Made by a program: the position numbers and the translations under genes
NCBI GenBank assembly: GCA_965217775.1
Contig: CBDCJH010000002.1
Coordinates: forward strand, 32,001-96,000
Direction: 5' to 3'
Source: Acidobacteriota bacterium
Lineage (GTDB): Bacteria > Acidobacteriota > UBA6911 > RPQK01 > JAJDTT01
DNA: 64,000 nt
Notes under the pieces: model-generated
What the model saw: only the letters and a program-made list of their open reading frames with translations
Database searches by the model: none
Told to the model about the DNA's origin: nothing
Shown here: piece by piece, positions 55,607 through 64,000 of the stretch
Layout: the number at the start of each line of letters is the position of its first letter
Numbering within the stretch: the first letter of the stretch is position 1

Positions 55607-58001
55607 GTTGAGACTCCGCCGGATATCTCTTTCCGCTCTGACGGCGGTCCTCTGTGGCCTGCTCCTGACCGTCGCTTGTTCCTCGGTTCCCGATCTTCCC
55701 AAGGCGCCGACCTACCCTCTGGTGGTGGGCTTCGAACGATTTCACCGGAACGGCGATTCGGGTTCGCTCCAAGGGGGTGAGGTCCTCCTGGGAGAGCTGG
55801 GTTGCACCCATTGCCACCGGTCCGGGGACGCAACCGCCCGACGGCTCATTCCCCGTCAGGCTCCCCTCCTCGACGGCGTGGGCGGCCGGATCCGCCTAGC
55901 TTATCTGAAAGACTTCCTGGCTCGACCTCAAGCGGCCAAGCCGGGGACGCCAATGCCTCATCTCCTGGCGGGTTGGGCGCCGGAGAAGCGGGAAGCGGCG
56001 GCCGAGGCCCTGGCCCACTTTCTCGCCTCCCTGGAGGCGCCGGATCCGGCAGAGTCCGCTCCGGAAGCGAATCCGCACGAGATCGAGGAAGGAGAGCGCC
56101 TGTACCACACGGTCGGGTGCGTCGCCTGCCACGCTCCCTTCGAGCCGGCCGGAACCTTGCATCAGGTGAGTGGCGAGGGGTTTTACCCGGAACGAATCCA
56201 GGTCCCGCCCCCTCGGGTCCCCTCGGTCCCCATTGCGGATCAGTCGTTGAAGACGACTCTGGAGCCGTTGGCCGACTTTCTGGTGGACCCCTTGCGACTC
56301 CGGCCCGCGGGGAGAATGCCTCCCATGCGTCTTTCCAATGCCGAGGCTCGTTCCATCGCCGCCTATCTGTTGGGGCAGGGCACGGACCTCATGGCTCCCG
56401 AAAGCATCAATCCCGACGCGGAAAAGATCACAAGGGGCCACGCCCTCTTTCGGGAGCTGGGTTGTGGCTATTGCCATCGTCTTGAAGAAGAGGAGACCGC
56501 CGCGGCACCGCTCCCGCGGCTTGAGGAGCTGGACCCCGGTAGACCGGGCGGCTGCCTGGACCCGTCGCCCCGGAAGGGGGTGCCCGACTACGAATTGGAC
56601 CCGGACCAGAGGGCCGCCCTCAGCGAGGCGCTGGCCGGACTGAAAGGAACGGTCGGGCGGCTCGATCCGGAGGCCGAGGTCCGGCGCTATCTGGAGATCT
56701 ACAATTGCTTCGCCTGTCACCGGCGGGGAGAGCAGGGTGGACCCGAACCGGGGAGAGCCGCCTATTTCCTGCCGGTGGAGGAGTTGGACATGGGGAACGA
56801 GGGCCGGTTGCCCCCACCCTTGACCGAGGTCGGCCGCAAGTTGACTCCCCCGTGGTTGAGGAAGGTCCTGGAGGGATCGGGCATGGTGCGTCCCTATCTG
56901 ATGGTTCGAATGCCGGACTACGGGACCGCCGCCGAAACCCTGGCGGACGCCTTGATTCGTGCCGACGAGGATCTGCAGTTGCCCGCTACGGATGTCTCCG
57001 GCACCTTGCACCACCACCGGAACCGTTATGGGCGCCGCCTCATGGGCGCCGACGGTCTCAATTGCATCAACTGTCACGGCCTCCACGGACACGCCTCCAC
57101 GGGCATGCCGGCCCTGGACCTGGCAGACACCCTCGAACGCCTCCAACCCGACTGGTTCAAGCGGTACCTCCTGGATCCCGACTCCAGCCGTCCCGGAACC
57201 CTGATGCCCGCCTTCTTCGAAGGAGGGAAGGGAACGTTGGAGGAAGTACTGGAGGGAGACCCGGACAAACAGATCGAGGCCATCCTCACCTATCTGAAGG
57301 AACTGGACCAGACCCGCCTGCCCGTGGGCATGGAGCCGGACGAGTTCTTCGAGTTGGTCCCCGGCGACCGGCCCATCCTCTTGCGGACCTTCATGGAGGG
57401 AGTCGGCACCCACGCCATCGCCGTGGGTTTTCGCCAGGGAATCCATTTCGCCTTCGATGCCTTGGAGGTCCGATCCAAACTCCTCTGGAGAGGCCGGTTC
57501 CTCAACGCCGAGTCCACCTGGTCCAATCGCTTTTCGCCTTTCGTGCACCCCTTGAGCGAAGATCTGGCCAAGCTTCCTGACGTCATGCCTCTGGCGTCTC
57601 TGAAGGACGGCCTGAGCCCTTGGCCCGACCGGAAGGGTAAAGAGGCGGGCTTCCGCATGGGTGGATTCCGGGTCTCACCTTCCGGTGAACCCACGTTCCT
57701 CTACAGCTTTCGGGGAATCGCCGTCGAGGAGCGGCTGATGCCGTCTCAGGAAAGTGCCTGGTTTCGGCGAACTATCGAGCTCACCGGCGACGGCGAATCG
57801 GTCTGGGTCCTGGCAGCACGGGCTCCGAAGATCGAATCCCAGGGCGCGGGACACTATTCTGCCGGCGGCCTCAAGTTCCGACTCCGTGAGCCGGAAGTCT
57901 CCATGGCCGTTCTACGCCGTTCGGGCGGAGCCGACGAGTTGTTGCTGCCGATCCGATTCCGGGAAGGGCGAGCCCGGGTGCAACAGGAGATCTCATGGTG
58001 A
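55584..58001 (+). CDS. Multiheme c-type cytochrome lipoprotein (5 CxxCH)
   Basis: CTHCH, CVACH, CGYCH, CFACH, CINCH; VAC lipobox; start uncertain. Confidence 0.88.
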   Translation: MSRPRSVELRLRRISLSALTAVLCGLLLTVACSSVPDLPKAPTYPLVVGFERFHRNGDSGSLQGGEVLLGELGCTHCHRSGDATARRLIPRQAPLLDGVGGRIRLAYLKDFLARPQAAKPGTPMPHLLAGWAPEKREAAAEALAHFLASLEAPDPAESAPEANPHEIEEGERLYHTVGCVACHAPFEPAGTLHQVSGEGFYPERIQVPPPRVPSVPIADQSLKTTLEPLADFLVDPLRLRPAGRMPPMRLSNAEARSIAAYLLGQGTDLMAPESINPDAEKITRGHALFRELGCGYCHRLEEEETAAAPLPRLEELDPGRPGGCLDPSPRKGVPDYELDPDQRAALSEALAGLKGTVGRLDPEAEVRRYLEIYNCFACHRRGEQGGPEPGRAAYFLPVEELDMGNEGRLPPPLTEVGRKLTPPWLRKVLEGSGMVRPYLMVRMPDYGTAAETLADALIRADEDLQLPATDVSGTLHHHRNRYGRRLMGADGLNCINCHGLHGHASTGMPALDLADTLERLQPDWFKRYLLDPDSSRPGTLMPAFFEGGKGTLEEVLEGDPDKQIEAILTYLKELDQTRLPVGMEPDEFFELVPGDRPILLRTFMEGVGTHAIAVGFRQGIHFAFDALEVRSKLLWRGRFLNAESTWSNRFSPFVHPLSEDLAKLPDVMPLASLKDGLSPWPDRKGKEAGFRMGGFRVSPSGEPTFLYSFRGIAVEERLMPSQESAWFRRTIELTGDGESVWVLAARAPKIESQGAGHYSAGGLKFRLREPEVSMAVLRRSGGADELLLPIRFREGRARVQQEISW

Positions 58002-59494
58002 CGCGCGCCGGTCTCGTGGGTTGGATCGTTGTGGCGATTGCCGGAGTCCTGCAGGCTCAGGAAGAAGACTACTATCGCATCGTGACCCTCCCCGTACCGG
58101 AAACGGTCCCTTTCGAGGTCAGCGGCCTCGAACGGCTACCGGACGGGCGGATAGCGGCGGCGATCCGCCGGGGAGAAATCTGGTTGTTCGAGGGCGCCTA
58201 CAAGGAACCGCCGGAAGGGCTCCGATTCCGCAAAATCGCCCAGGCGCTCCATGAACCCTTGGGCCTGATTCGCCACGGCGACTCCCTCTATCTGGCCCAG
58301 AGGAGCGAGCTGACCCGGCTCCGGGATCTTGACGGCGACGACGTGATCGACGAGTACCTCACCGTCACCAACGACTGGGGCATCACCGGCAACTACCACG
58401 AATACGCCTACGGCCCCCGGGTCGATGGGGACGGGAACTTCTGGCTCACCCTCAACGCCGCCATCGGGAAGCAGACCGCCGGGGCCGACGCCTGGCGGGG
58501 CTGGGCCGTGAAGGTGACGCCTCAGGGCCGGCTGCTCCCCGTAGCTACGGGTCTGCGATCGCCCTGCGGGATCGGAGTGAACGGCAGCGGCGAAGTCTTC
58601 ACCACCGACCAGCAGGGAGGCTGGGTCGCCACCTGCTCCCTCCATCACTTGGAGGAGGGAGACTTCTATGGACATCCCGACGGTCTCAAGTCGTGCTCTC
58701 TACCCGGCTCTCCAGTCGCCTGTCCGGAACGCATCCCCACTGGAATCACCGTGGTGGAGGCGGCCAAGCAGATTCCGGGATTCAAGTTGCCGGCAGTCTG
58801 GTTCCCCTACCGGAAGATGGGCCGGAGCGCGACCGATCTGGCCTGGGACCAGACGGCAGGCCGGTTCGGACCCTTCCAGGGACAGCTCTTCGTGGGGGAT
58901 TTCACCGACGCCATGATCTCGCGGGTGTTTCTGGAACGAGTGGACGGACAGTACCAGGGAGCCTGCTTCCGCTTCCGGGAGGGATTCCAGAGCGCCGTGG
59001 TCCGCCTGGTCTTCGGCTCCGACGGATCGCTGTTCGTGGGGGAAACCAACCGCGGCTGGAACTCCCTGGGCAGCCGTTCCTTCGGTCTGGAACGCCTGGT
59101 CTGGACCGGCCGCACGCCCTTCGAGGTCCAGGAGATGCGGGCCCTGCCCGACGGCTTTCGGCTCACCTTCACCTGGCCCGTCGACCCGGACCGCGCCGCC
59201 CGGCCCGATTCCTATCGCATCACCAGCTACACCTATCTCTACCATCCCGACTACGGCAGTCCGGAGGTCGAGACCAGGGAACTGAACCTGAAAAAGGCTC
59301 GCGTGGCCGCCGCCGGACGGTCGGTGGACCTGACCGTCGAGGGGCTCAGGCCGGGCTACGTTCACGAGCTCCACTTGCCCGGAATCGTCTCGGTCGAGGG
59401 AGAGGGACTGCTCCATCCGCGGGCGTACTACACGCTGAACCGGATTCCGGCTGTGGATCCCAGCTTAGAGCCGCATACCCGTACTCGACCCTGA
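57995..59494 (+). CDS. Secreted glucose/sorbosone dehydrogenase-like beta-propeller protein
   Basis: Signal peptide; LHEPLG, GNYHEY, GLRSPCG, DQQG, FGPFQGQLFVGD. Confidence 0.8.
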   Translation: MVTRAGLVGWIVVAIAGVLQAQEEDYYRIVTLPVPETVPFEVSGLERLPDGRIAAAIRRGEIWLFEGAYKEPPEGLRFRKIAQALHEPLGLIRHGDSLYLAQRSELTRLRDLDGDDVIDEYLTVTNDWGITGNYHEYAYGPRVDGDGNFWLTLNAAIGKQTAGADAWRGWAVKVTPQGRLLPVATGLRSPCGIGVNGSGEVFTTDQQGGWVATCSLHHLEEGDFYGHPDGLKSCSLPGSPVACPERIPTGITVVEAAKQIPGFKLPAVWFPYRKMGRSATDLAWDQTAGRFGPFQGQLFVGDFTDAMISRVFLERVDGQYQGACFRFREGFQSAVVRLVFGSDGSLFVGETNRGWNSLGSRSFGLERLVWTGRTPFEVQEMRALPDGFRLTFTWPVDPDRAARPDSYRITSYTYLYHPDYGSPEVETRELNLKKARVAAAGRSVDLTVEGLRPGYVHELHLPGIVSVEGEGLLHPRAYYTLNRIPAVDPSLEPHTRTRP

Positions 59495-59515
59495 GCCAGC
59501 CGGCCGATCGCTTCG

Positions 59516-60808
59516 TCAGGCGCTCAGAAACCAGGACTCGGGCACCCGGACGAGCTTGATTCTCCGGGTCCTCTTGCCCTCCGTGACCGTGTCGTACTGG
59601 TAGGTCATGAGCACCCTTTTTCCAGAGAAGGCCAGGGAGGGATAGTGGCACCGGATGAAGCCGCTGGGCAGTTTTCCGGCCTTCGGGTTGACCCGGATGT
59701 GGGCCACCGGCGGCGGCGAGACCCTCCCTGCCGGTTGCAGGCCGGGACTGGAGTCCACCGTCTTGAAGTTCTGCCAGGTCTTGCCCTCGTCGGCGGAGGT
59801 GGCCACGGAAAGGCGGGAACGATAGTACCCGCTCCGAATCTCGTCCCCGGTCGTCTGGTTCCAGATTACCAGCAGATGTCCGGAGCCGCGCAGCCGGTCC
59901 AGGTCGCAGGGGACGTCGCCGCTGGAGAGGGCGGTGGGACTCGCCTCATGCCAATTCTCGCCGCCGTCGTCCGAGTGGGCCTGGAAAAAGCGTCCCACCT
60001 TGGTCCTCAAGAGCATGAGGACAGATCCGTCCTTGAGCTCGGTCACCACCGGCTCGGCGGTTCCGCCGAATCCCCCCAGGCTCCTCTCCCCGGGCAGGGG
60101 CCAGACCATGATGGATCCCTTGGACCGCTGCCAGGTCGATCCCCGGTCGTCGGAGAAATAAGCGAAGCAGCCGCTCATCTGAGGCCGGTGGGCATGTCCT
60201 TCCAGTCCGATGGAATGCCCGTCCAGAATCCCCGTGGCCATGGCCTGGCGGGTTTCGGGGTGAAGGCCGTTGAACTGCCAGTAGACGGGCAGCAGCAACC
60301 GTCCCGTGGAGAGCTCGGTCAGTCGACCGAAGGGAACCTGCAAAAAGGCGCCCGACGACCCCGAGCCGGGTCCCGGCAGGTCGATGTCCGATCCCGCCGA
60401 CCAATTCCGGCCTCCGTCCTGGGAAGTGGCAAAGCGGAGGACTCGATGGTCGGCGTGGCGTGCCGGCGCGCCGCTCGGTTCCTCGGCGTAGACCATGCCC
60501 ACGGTTCCCCCCTTGAGCGGAACCAGGTGGTTACGGGTGACGTTCAGGGGTTTTCCCTGCCGCAGCAGCGGGAAGGGTTCTCCCCAGGTCTCTCCGCCGT
60601 CGCGGGAAAGGGCAGCGGAATTGCCCTTCATCAGGGTCAGAATGCGGCCGCCCTCCAGCGCGGCCAGAATTCGTCCGGAGCCCGGGGGCAGCAACCCCTC
60701 GTAGGTGTGTCCGCTGGCGGAGACCTCGGCGGACCCTCTAAGGGCCGCGGCCGCCGCCATGGAGGTTGCCAGAAATCGCCTTCGGGTCAGACTGTTTTTC
60801 TCTTTCAT
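59516..60808 (-). CDS. Tat-exported sialidase-like BNR/Asp-box protein
   Basis: TRRRFL; SRDGGETW, SQDGGRNW, SDDRGSTW, SDDGGENW, SADEGKTW; EP and YP motifs. Confidence 0.85.
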   Translation of the reverse strand: MKEKNSLTRRRFLATSMAAAAALRGSAEVSASGHTYEGLLPPGSGRILAALEGGRILTLMKGNSAALSRDGGETWGEPFPLLRQGKPLNVTRNHLVPLKGGTVGMVYAEEPSGAPARHADHRVLRFATSQDGGRNWSAGSDIDLPGPGSGSSGAFLQVPFGRLTELSTGRLLLPVYWQFNGLHPETRQAMATGILDGHSIGLEGHAHRPQMSGCFAYFSDDRGSTWQRSKGSIMVWPLPGERSLGGFGGTAEPVVTELKDGSVLMLLRTKVGRFFQAHSDDGGENWHEASPTALSSGDVPCDLDRLRGSGHLLVIWNQTTGDEIRSGYYRSRLSVATSADEGKTWQNFKTVDSSPGLQPAGRVSPPPVAHIRVNPKAGKLPSGFIRCHYPSLAFSGKRVLMTYQYDTVTEGKRTRRIKLVRVPESWFLSA

Positions 60809-60921
60809 CCACTATCTCCCGGTTCTGAAGCGCACAATCACAAATCACAGAGGCAGGGTACGGGTGTCCGCTCCGGCATTGTAGAATGGGCCGCTCCCGA
60901 AAACGAGAGGAATCAGCGACG

Positions 60922-61443
60922 ATGACCATACGGCAGGCGAGAACTCCCGGGTCCAAGGTTTTCCAGCGACAGAAGATGGCTGAGGAATGTGAACGACTCC
61001 GGGACCAGGGGCGGACCATCGTCTTCACCAACGGCACCTTCGATCTTCTGCACGCCGGACATACGACCTATCTGAACCAGGCCCGGGAGTTGGGAGACGT
61101 GCTGATCGTGGGTCTCAACTCGGACGAGTCGATCCGCTCCATCAAGGGGGACAAGCGGCCCATTATCCGGGAGCCTTACCGGTCCCGGATGCTGGCGGCC
61201 CTGGAGTGCGTGGACTACGTGGTGCTCTTCGACGAGGATGAGCCCCGGGATCTGATCTCCGAATTGCTGCCGGACGTGCTGGTCAAGGCGGAGGACTGGG
61301 CCCACTATGTGAGCGGCCGCGACGTGGTGGAGGCCAACGGAGGCCGCGTGGTCCTGGCGCCCCTGGTGCCGGGCCTTTCCAGCAGCGGGATCATTCGGCG
61401 GATCCGGGAGCTGTTCCAGGACCCGGAAGAGGATTCCCGTTGA
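60922..61443 (+). CDS. rfaE2: D-glycero-beta-D-manno-heptose 1-phosphate adenylyltransferase
   Basis: VFTNGTFDLLHAGH, GLNSDESI, LVKAEDW. Confidence 0.9.
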   Translation: MTIRQARTPGSKVFQRQKMAEECERLRDQGRTIVFTNGTFDLLHAGHTTYLNQARELGDVLIVGLNSDESIRSIKGDKRPIIREPYRSRMLAALECVDYVVLFDEDEPRDLISELLPDVLVKAEDWAHYVSGRDVVEANGGRVVLAPLVPGLSSSGIIRRIRELFQDPEEDSR

Positions 61444-61463
61444 GAAACCGAGGTTAGTGCAAC

Positions 61464-62450
61464 GTGCCGGTCCAATACATCGTCACCGGCGGCGCCGGCT
61501 TCATCGGCCGCAACCTGGTGGCCGCCCTCAACGCCCGGGGACACGAGGACATCCTGATCGTGGACCGTCTGGGCTCGGACCAGAAGTGGAAGAACCTGCT
61601 GGGCCTCTCCTTCATCGACCTCGTGGACCTGGAAGAATTCCGGAACTTCATCGCAGACTCCTCCATCGACGAGCTGGAGACGGTCTTCCACCTGGGAGCC
61701 TGCAGCTCCACCACGGAACGGGACGCCGACTACCTGCTGGACAACAACTACCGCTATTCCCAGGAAATCTGCCAGTGGTGCCTTTCCAGCGACGTGCGCT
61801 TCATCTACGCTTCCAGCGCGGCCACCTATGGGGACGGATCTCTGGGCTACTCGGACGAGGAGAGCCGGATTTCCCTCTACCGGCCCTTGAACATGTATGG
61901 CTACTCCAAGCAGTTGTTCGACCTCTGGGCTAGCAAGGAGGGGTTGTTCGACCGGATCGTGGGGCTCAAGTACTTCAACGTCTTCGGCCCCTACGAAGAT
62001 CACAAGGGCGAGATGAGATCCATGGTGCACAAGGCCTACGGCCAGATCTTCTCCACCGGAAAGGTGCGGCTCTTCAAGTCGCATCGGGACGAATACGAAG
62101 ACGGGGAGCAGTTGCGCGACTTCGTCTACGTGAAGGACGCGGTGGACGTAACCCTCTATTTCGAGGACCATTCCCGGGTTTCGGGGCTCTACAACTGCGG
62201 CACCGGACGGGCTCGGAGTTGGAACGAACTGGTGGGCTCCCTCTTCGTTGCCATGGGACGACGGCCGGAGATCGCATACATCGACATGCCCGAGTCCTTG
62301 CGCAACCAGTACCAGTACTTCACCCAGGCGGACGGGGCCAAGCTCCGGACCGCCGGATACGATCGCCCCTTCACGACCTTGGAAGAGGGGGTGCGAGACT
62401 ATGTGACGACCTACCTGGAGCCGGTCCTGGGCGGGGCCGCTCCAGGGTAG
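61464..62450 (+). CDS. rfaD: ADP-L-glycero-D-manno-heptose 6-epimerase
   Basis: TGGAGFIG, HLGACSSTTE, YASSAATYG, YGYSK, YFNVFGPYEDHKG, YQYFTQAD. Confidence 0.93.
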   Translation: MPVQYIVTGGAGFIGRNLVAALNARGHEDILIVDRLGSDQKWKNLLGLSFIDLVDLEEFRNFIADSSIDELETVFHLGACSSTTERDADYLLDNNYRYSQEICQWCLSSDVRFIYASSAATYGDGSLGYSDEESRISLYRPLNMYGYSKQLFDLWASKEGLFDRIVGLKYFNVFGPYEDHKGEMRSMVHKAYGQIFSTGKVRLFKSHRDEYEDGEQLRDFVYVKDAVDVTLYFEDHSRVSGLYNCGTGRARSWNELVGSLFVAMGRRPEIAYIDMPESLRNQYQYFTQADGAKLRTAGYDRPFTTLEEGVRDYVTTYLEPVLGGAAPG

Positions 62451-62475
62451 ACCCACCAGCAAGAAAGGAGATCAC

Positions 62476-63339
62476 GTGGCCGAACCTCTTCGCATTCTCT
62501 CCATCGGAGCTCATCCGGCGGACATCTTCGACCAGTGCGGCGGCACCATGGCCCATCACACCGCCCGGGGCGATTGGGTGGGCTGCGTCGTTCTGACCCA
62601 CGGAGCCCGGGTCCACGACAAGATCATCAGCGACTCCATGCACGGCCGGGAGACCGTTCCCGAAGCCTCGGTGTTGAAGGAGATGATCGAGGAACGCTCC
62701 GACGTGAAGGCGCAGGAGGTCCGTCGAGCCTGCGGTCTGTTGGGAGTGGAGGACCTCTACTTCTTCGGGGCCGACGACGCCATCCTGCTGGTGACCGAGG
62801 AGATTGTTCGGCGGTTGGCCCGGTTGTTGCGGGAGCTCCGCCCCAACGTGATACTGACCCACTACCCCAAGGAAGGGGACGGTGTGGCCCAACCCCACGC
62901 CATCACCGGACAGATCGTAATGCACGCCATCCATTTCGCTCACTCGGTAGACCCTGGGGACCGGAATCCGCCGACCAAGGCGGCCCAGGTCTTCTTCTTC
63001 GGGACCGGCGCCGCGGCGGTTCCCAGCGACGTCTGGGCCGCGCGGGTCGGCGTCTACAACGACGTGCTGATCGAGATCACCGACGTGGTGGATAAGAAAC
63101 TGGCGGCTCTGGATTGTCTGGAGAGCCAGGGGTACGGTGGCGCCTATGCCCGGAAACGGATCGAGACCAGCGACGGAGCGTTCGGCGTCGGGGGCCGCGT
63201 CGCCTATGCCGAGGGATTCATCAAGATGAGTTCTGAGGTCCACGACTTTCTTCCGGTGACCAGCCGAGCCTTGCGGCTGGCAAAGGAGTCGGATCATGAG
63301 ATGATGCGGCGCCACTCCTACCGGGTTCGGGTGGACTGA
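62476..63339 (+). CDS. PIG-L/LmbE family protein with non-canonical metal motif
   Basis: GAHPAD, GGTMA, E..RACGLLG, RELRPNVILTH, DKKLAAL, YAEGF. Confidence 0.85.
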   Translation: MAEPLRILSIGAHPADIFDQCGGTMAHHTARGDWVGCVVLTHGARVHDKIISDSMHGRETVPEASVLKEMIEERSDVKAQEVRRACGLLGVEDLYFFGADDAILLVTEEIVRRLARLLRELRPNVILTHYPKEGDGVAQPHAITGQIVMHAIHFAHSVDPGDRNPPTKAAQVFFFGTGAAAVPSDVWAARVGVYNDVLIEITDVVDKKLAALDCLESQGYGGAYARKRIETSDGAFGVGGRVAYAEGFIKMSSEVHDFLPVTSRALRLAKESDHEMMRRHSYRVRVD

Positions 63340-63353
63340 TACGAAGGAGAATC

Positions 63354-64000
63354 ATGACCTCTCTATCCTTGAAACCACGTGTGCCCGTCTTCGACGCCAA
63401 CGTCAAGGTGGGCAATCACCACAACGAAGTCTCTCCCTGTCCCGATCGGGCCGGCCTGCTGGCGGAGATGGACACCCATGGCGTGAGCCGGGCCGTGATC
63501 TACCATGCCCTGGGTGATCTGACTTCTCCGGTGGACGGAAACCGGGCGCTGGAGGCGTGGCTGGGAGACGACGGCAGGCTGCATCCCCAATGGAGCGCCC
63601 ACCCGTTGCCCCGTTCCCTGGAGCAACTGCAGGCACTGCATGCCCAGGGGCGGGTGACCAGCGTTCGTCTGGCCGGACTGGACATCATCGATTTCCCCTT
63701 CCGCCCCTGGAGTTACGACCCGCTCCTGAGTTGGCTGAGCCGGGAGGGGATTCCCTTGTGGGTTCCTCTGCCGGAGATGGACCCCGACGACATCGTGACC
63801 ACGCTCCAGGCCTATCCCGACCTGGAGACGGTGCTGGTGGGGGCTCACTATCTGCACGCCATGTGGGTTCAGCCCATGATGAAGGCGTTGCCGAGGGCGA
63901 ACTTGGAGCTGAGCCGCTATGAACCCGTCGGCCAGCTCGAGGCGTTGCTGGAGGAGTTCGGGGTGGAGCGTTTCGTCTACGGATCGTGGTATTGGCGCCT
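63354..64000 (+). CDS. Amidohydrolase-family (Amidohydro_2-like) protein, runs off the right edge
   Basis: AAGGAG RBS; MTSLSLKPRVPVFDANV...LLAEMDTHGVSRAVIYH...YPDLETVLVGAH...FGVERFVYGS (hand-translated). Confidence 0.75.
   Translation, partial: MTSLSLKPRVPVFDANVKVGNHHNEVSPCPDRAGLLAEMDTHGVSRAVIYHALGDLTSPVDGNRALEAWLGDDGRLHPQWSAHPLPRSLEQLQALHAQGRVTSVRLAGLDIIDFPFRPWSYDPLLSWLSREGIPLWVPLPEMDPDDIVTTLQAYPDLETVLVGAHYLHAMWVQPMMKALPRANLELSRYEPVGQLEALLEEFGVERFVYGSWYWR

Noticed and set aside
38295-60925. Long opposite-strand ORFs (38295..39923, 41820..43874, 46422..48146, 55896..57548, 59645..60925)
   Set aside because: Each overlaps a well-supported gene (antisense or off-frame) and lacks motifs of its own.

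Overview
GC-rich bacterial DNA. The gene content (Tat-exported hydrolases, DUF1501/DUF1549 cluster, LRR/FN3/SwmB-type giant proteins) suggests an Acidobacteriota-like, possibly sponge-associated, organism (inference). The window has three zones. (1) 1-25.6 kb: a tandem array of giant secreted proteases. Two are LRR + M12/reprolysin metzincins, each preceded by a small separate gene that looks like its detached pro-domain. The third is a 4360-aa S8/S53-like subtilase with an extra dead protease domain. They share a repeat stalk, and the two complete ones share a Calx-beta/poly-Pro/FN3 block and a duplicated C-terminal 'FAHF...IFTTLPVVP' domain. (2) 25.6-37.9 kb: a decaying accessory region. It holds IS630, IS1182, IS3 and integrase remnants, an intact IS1634, a hairpin MITE, two TA loci with dead toxins, a JAB-domain remnant, and four related small membrane proteins, three behind a shared promoter-like motif. 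(3) 37.9-64 kb: metabolic and periplasmic genes (glycosidase-like proteins, DUF1501 cluster, metallophosphoesterase, enolase-superfamily enzymes, multiheme cytochrome c, sialidase-like protein, rfaE2/rfaD). This zone includes a 2.6-kb integrase-less islet bracketed by 37-bp att-like direct repeats. No rRNA, tRNA or CRISPR array was recognised. Family assignments come from motif recognition by eye, not database searches.
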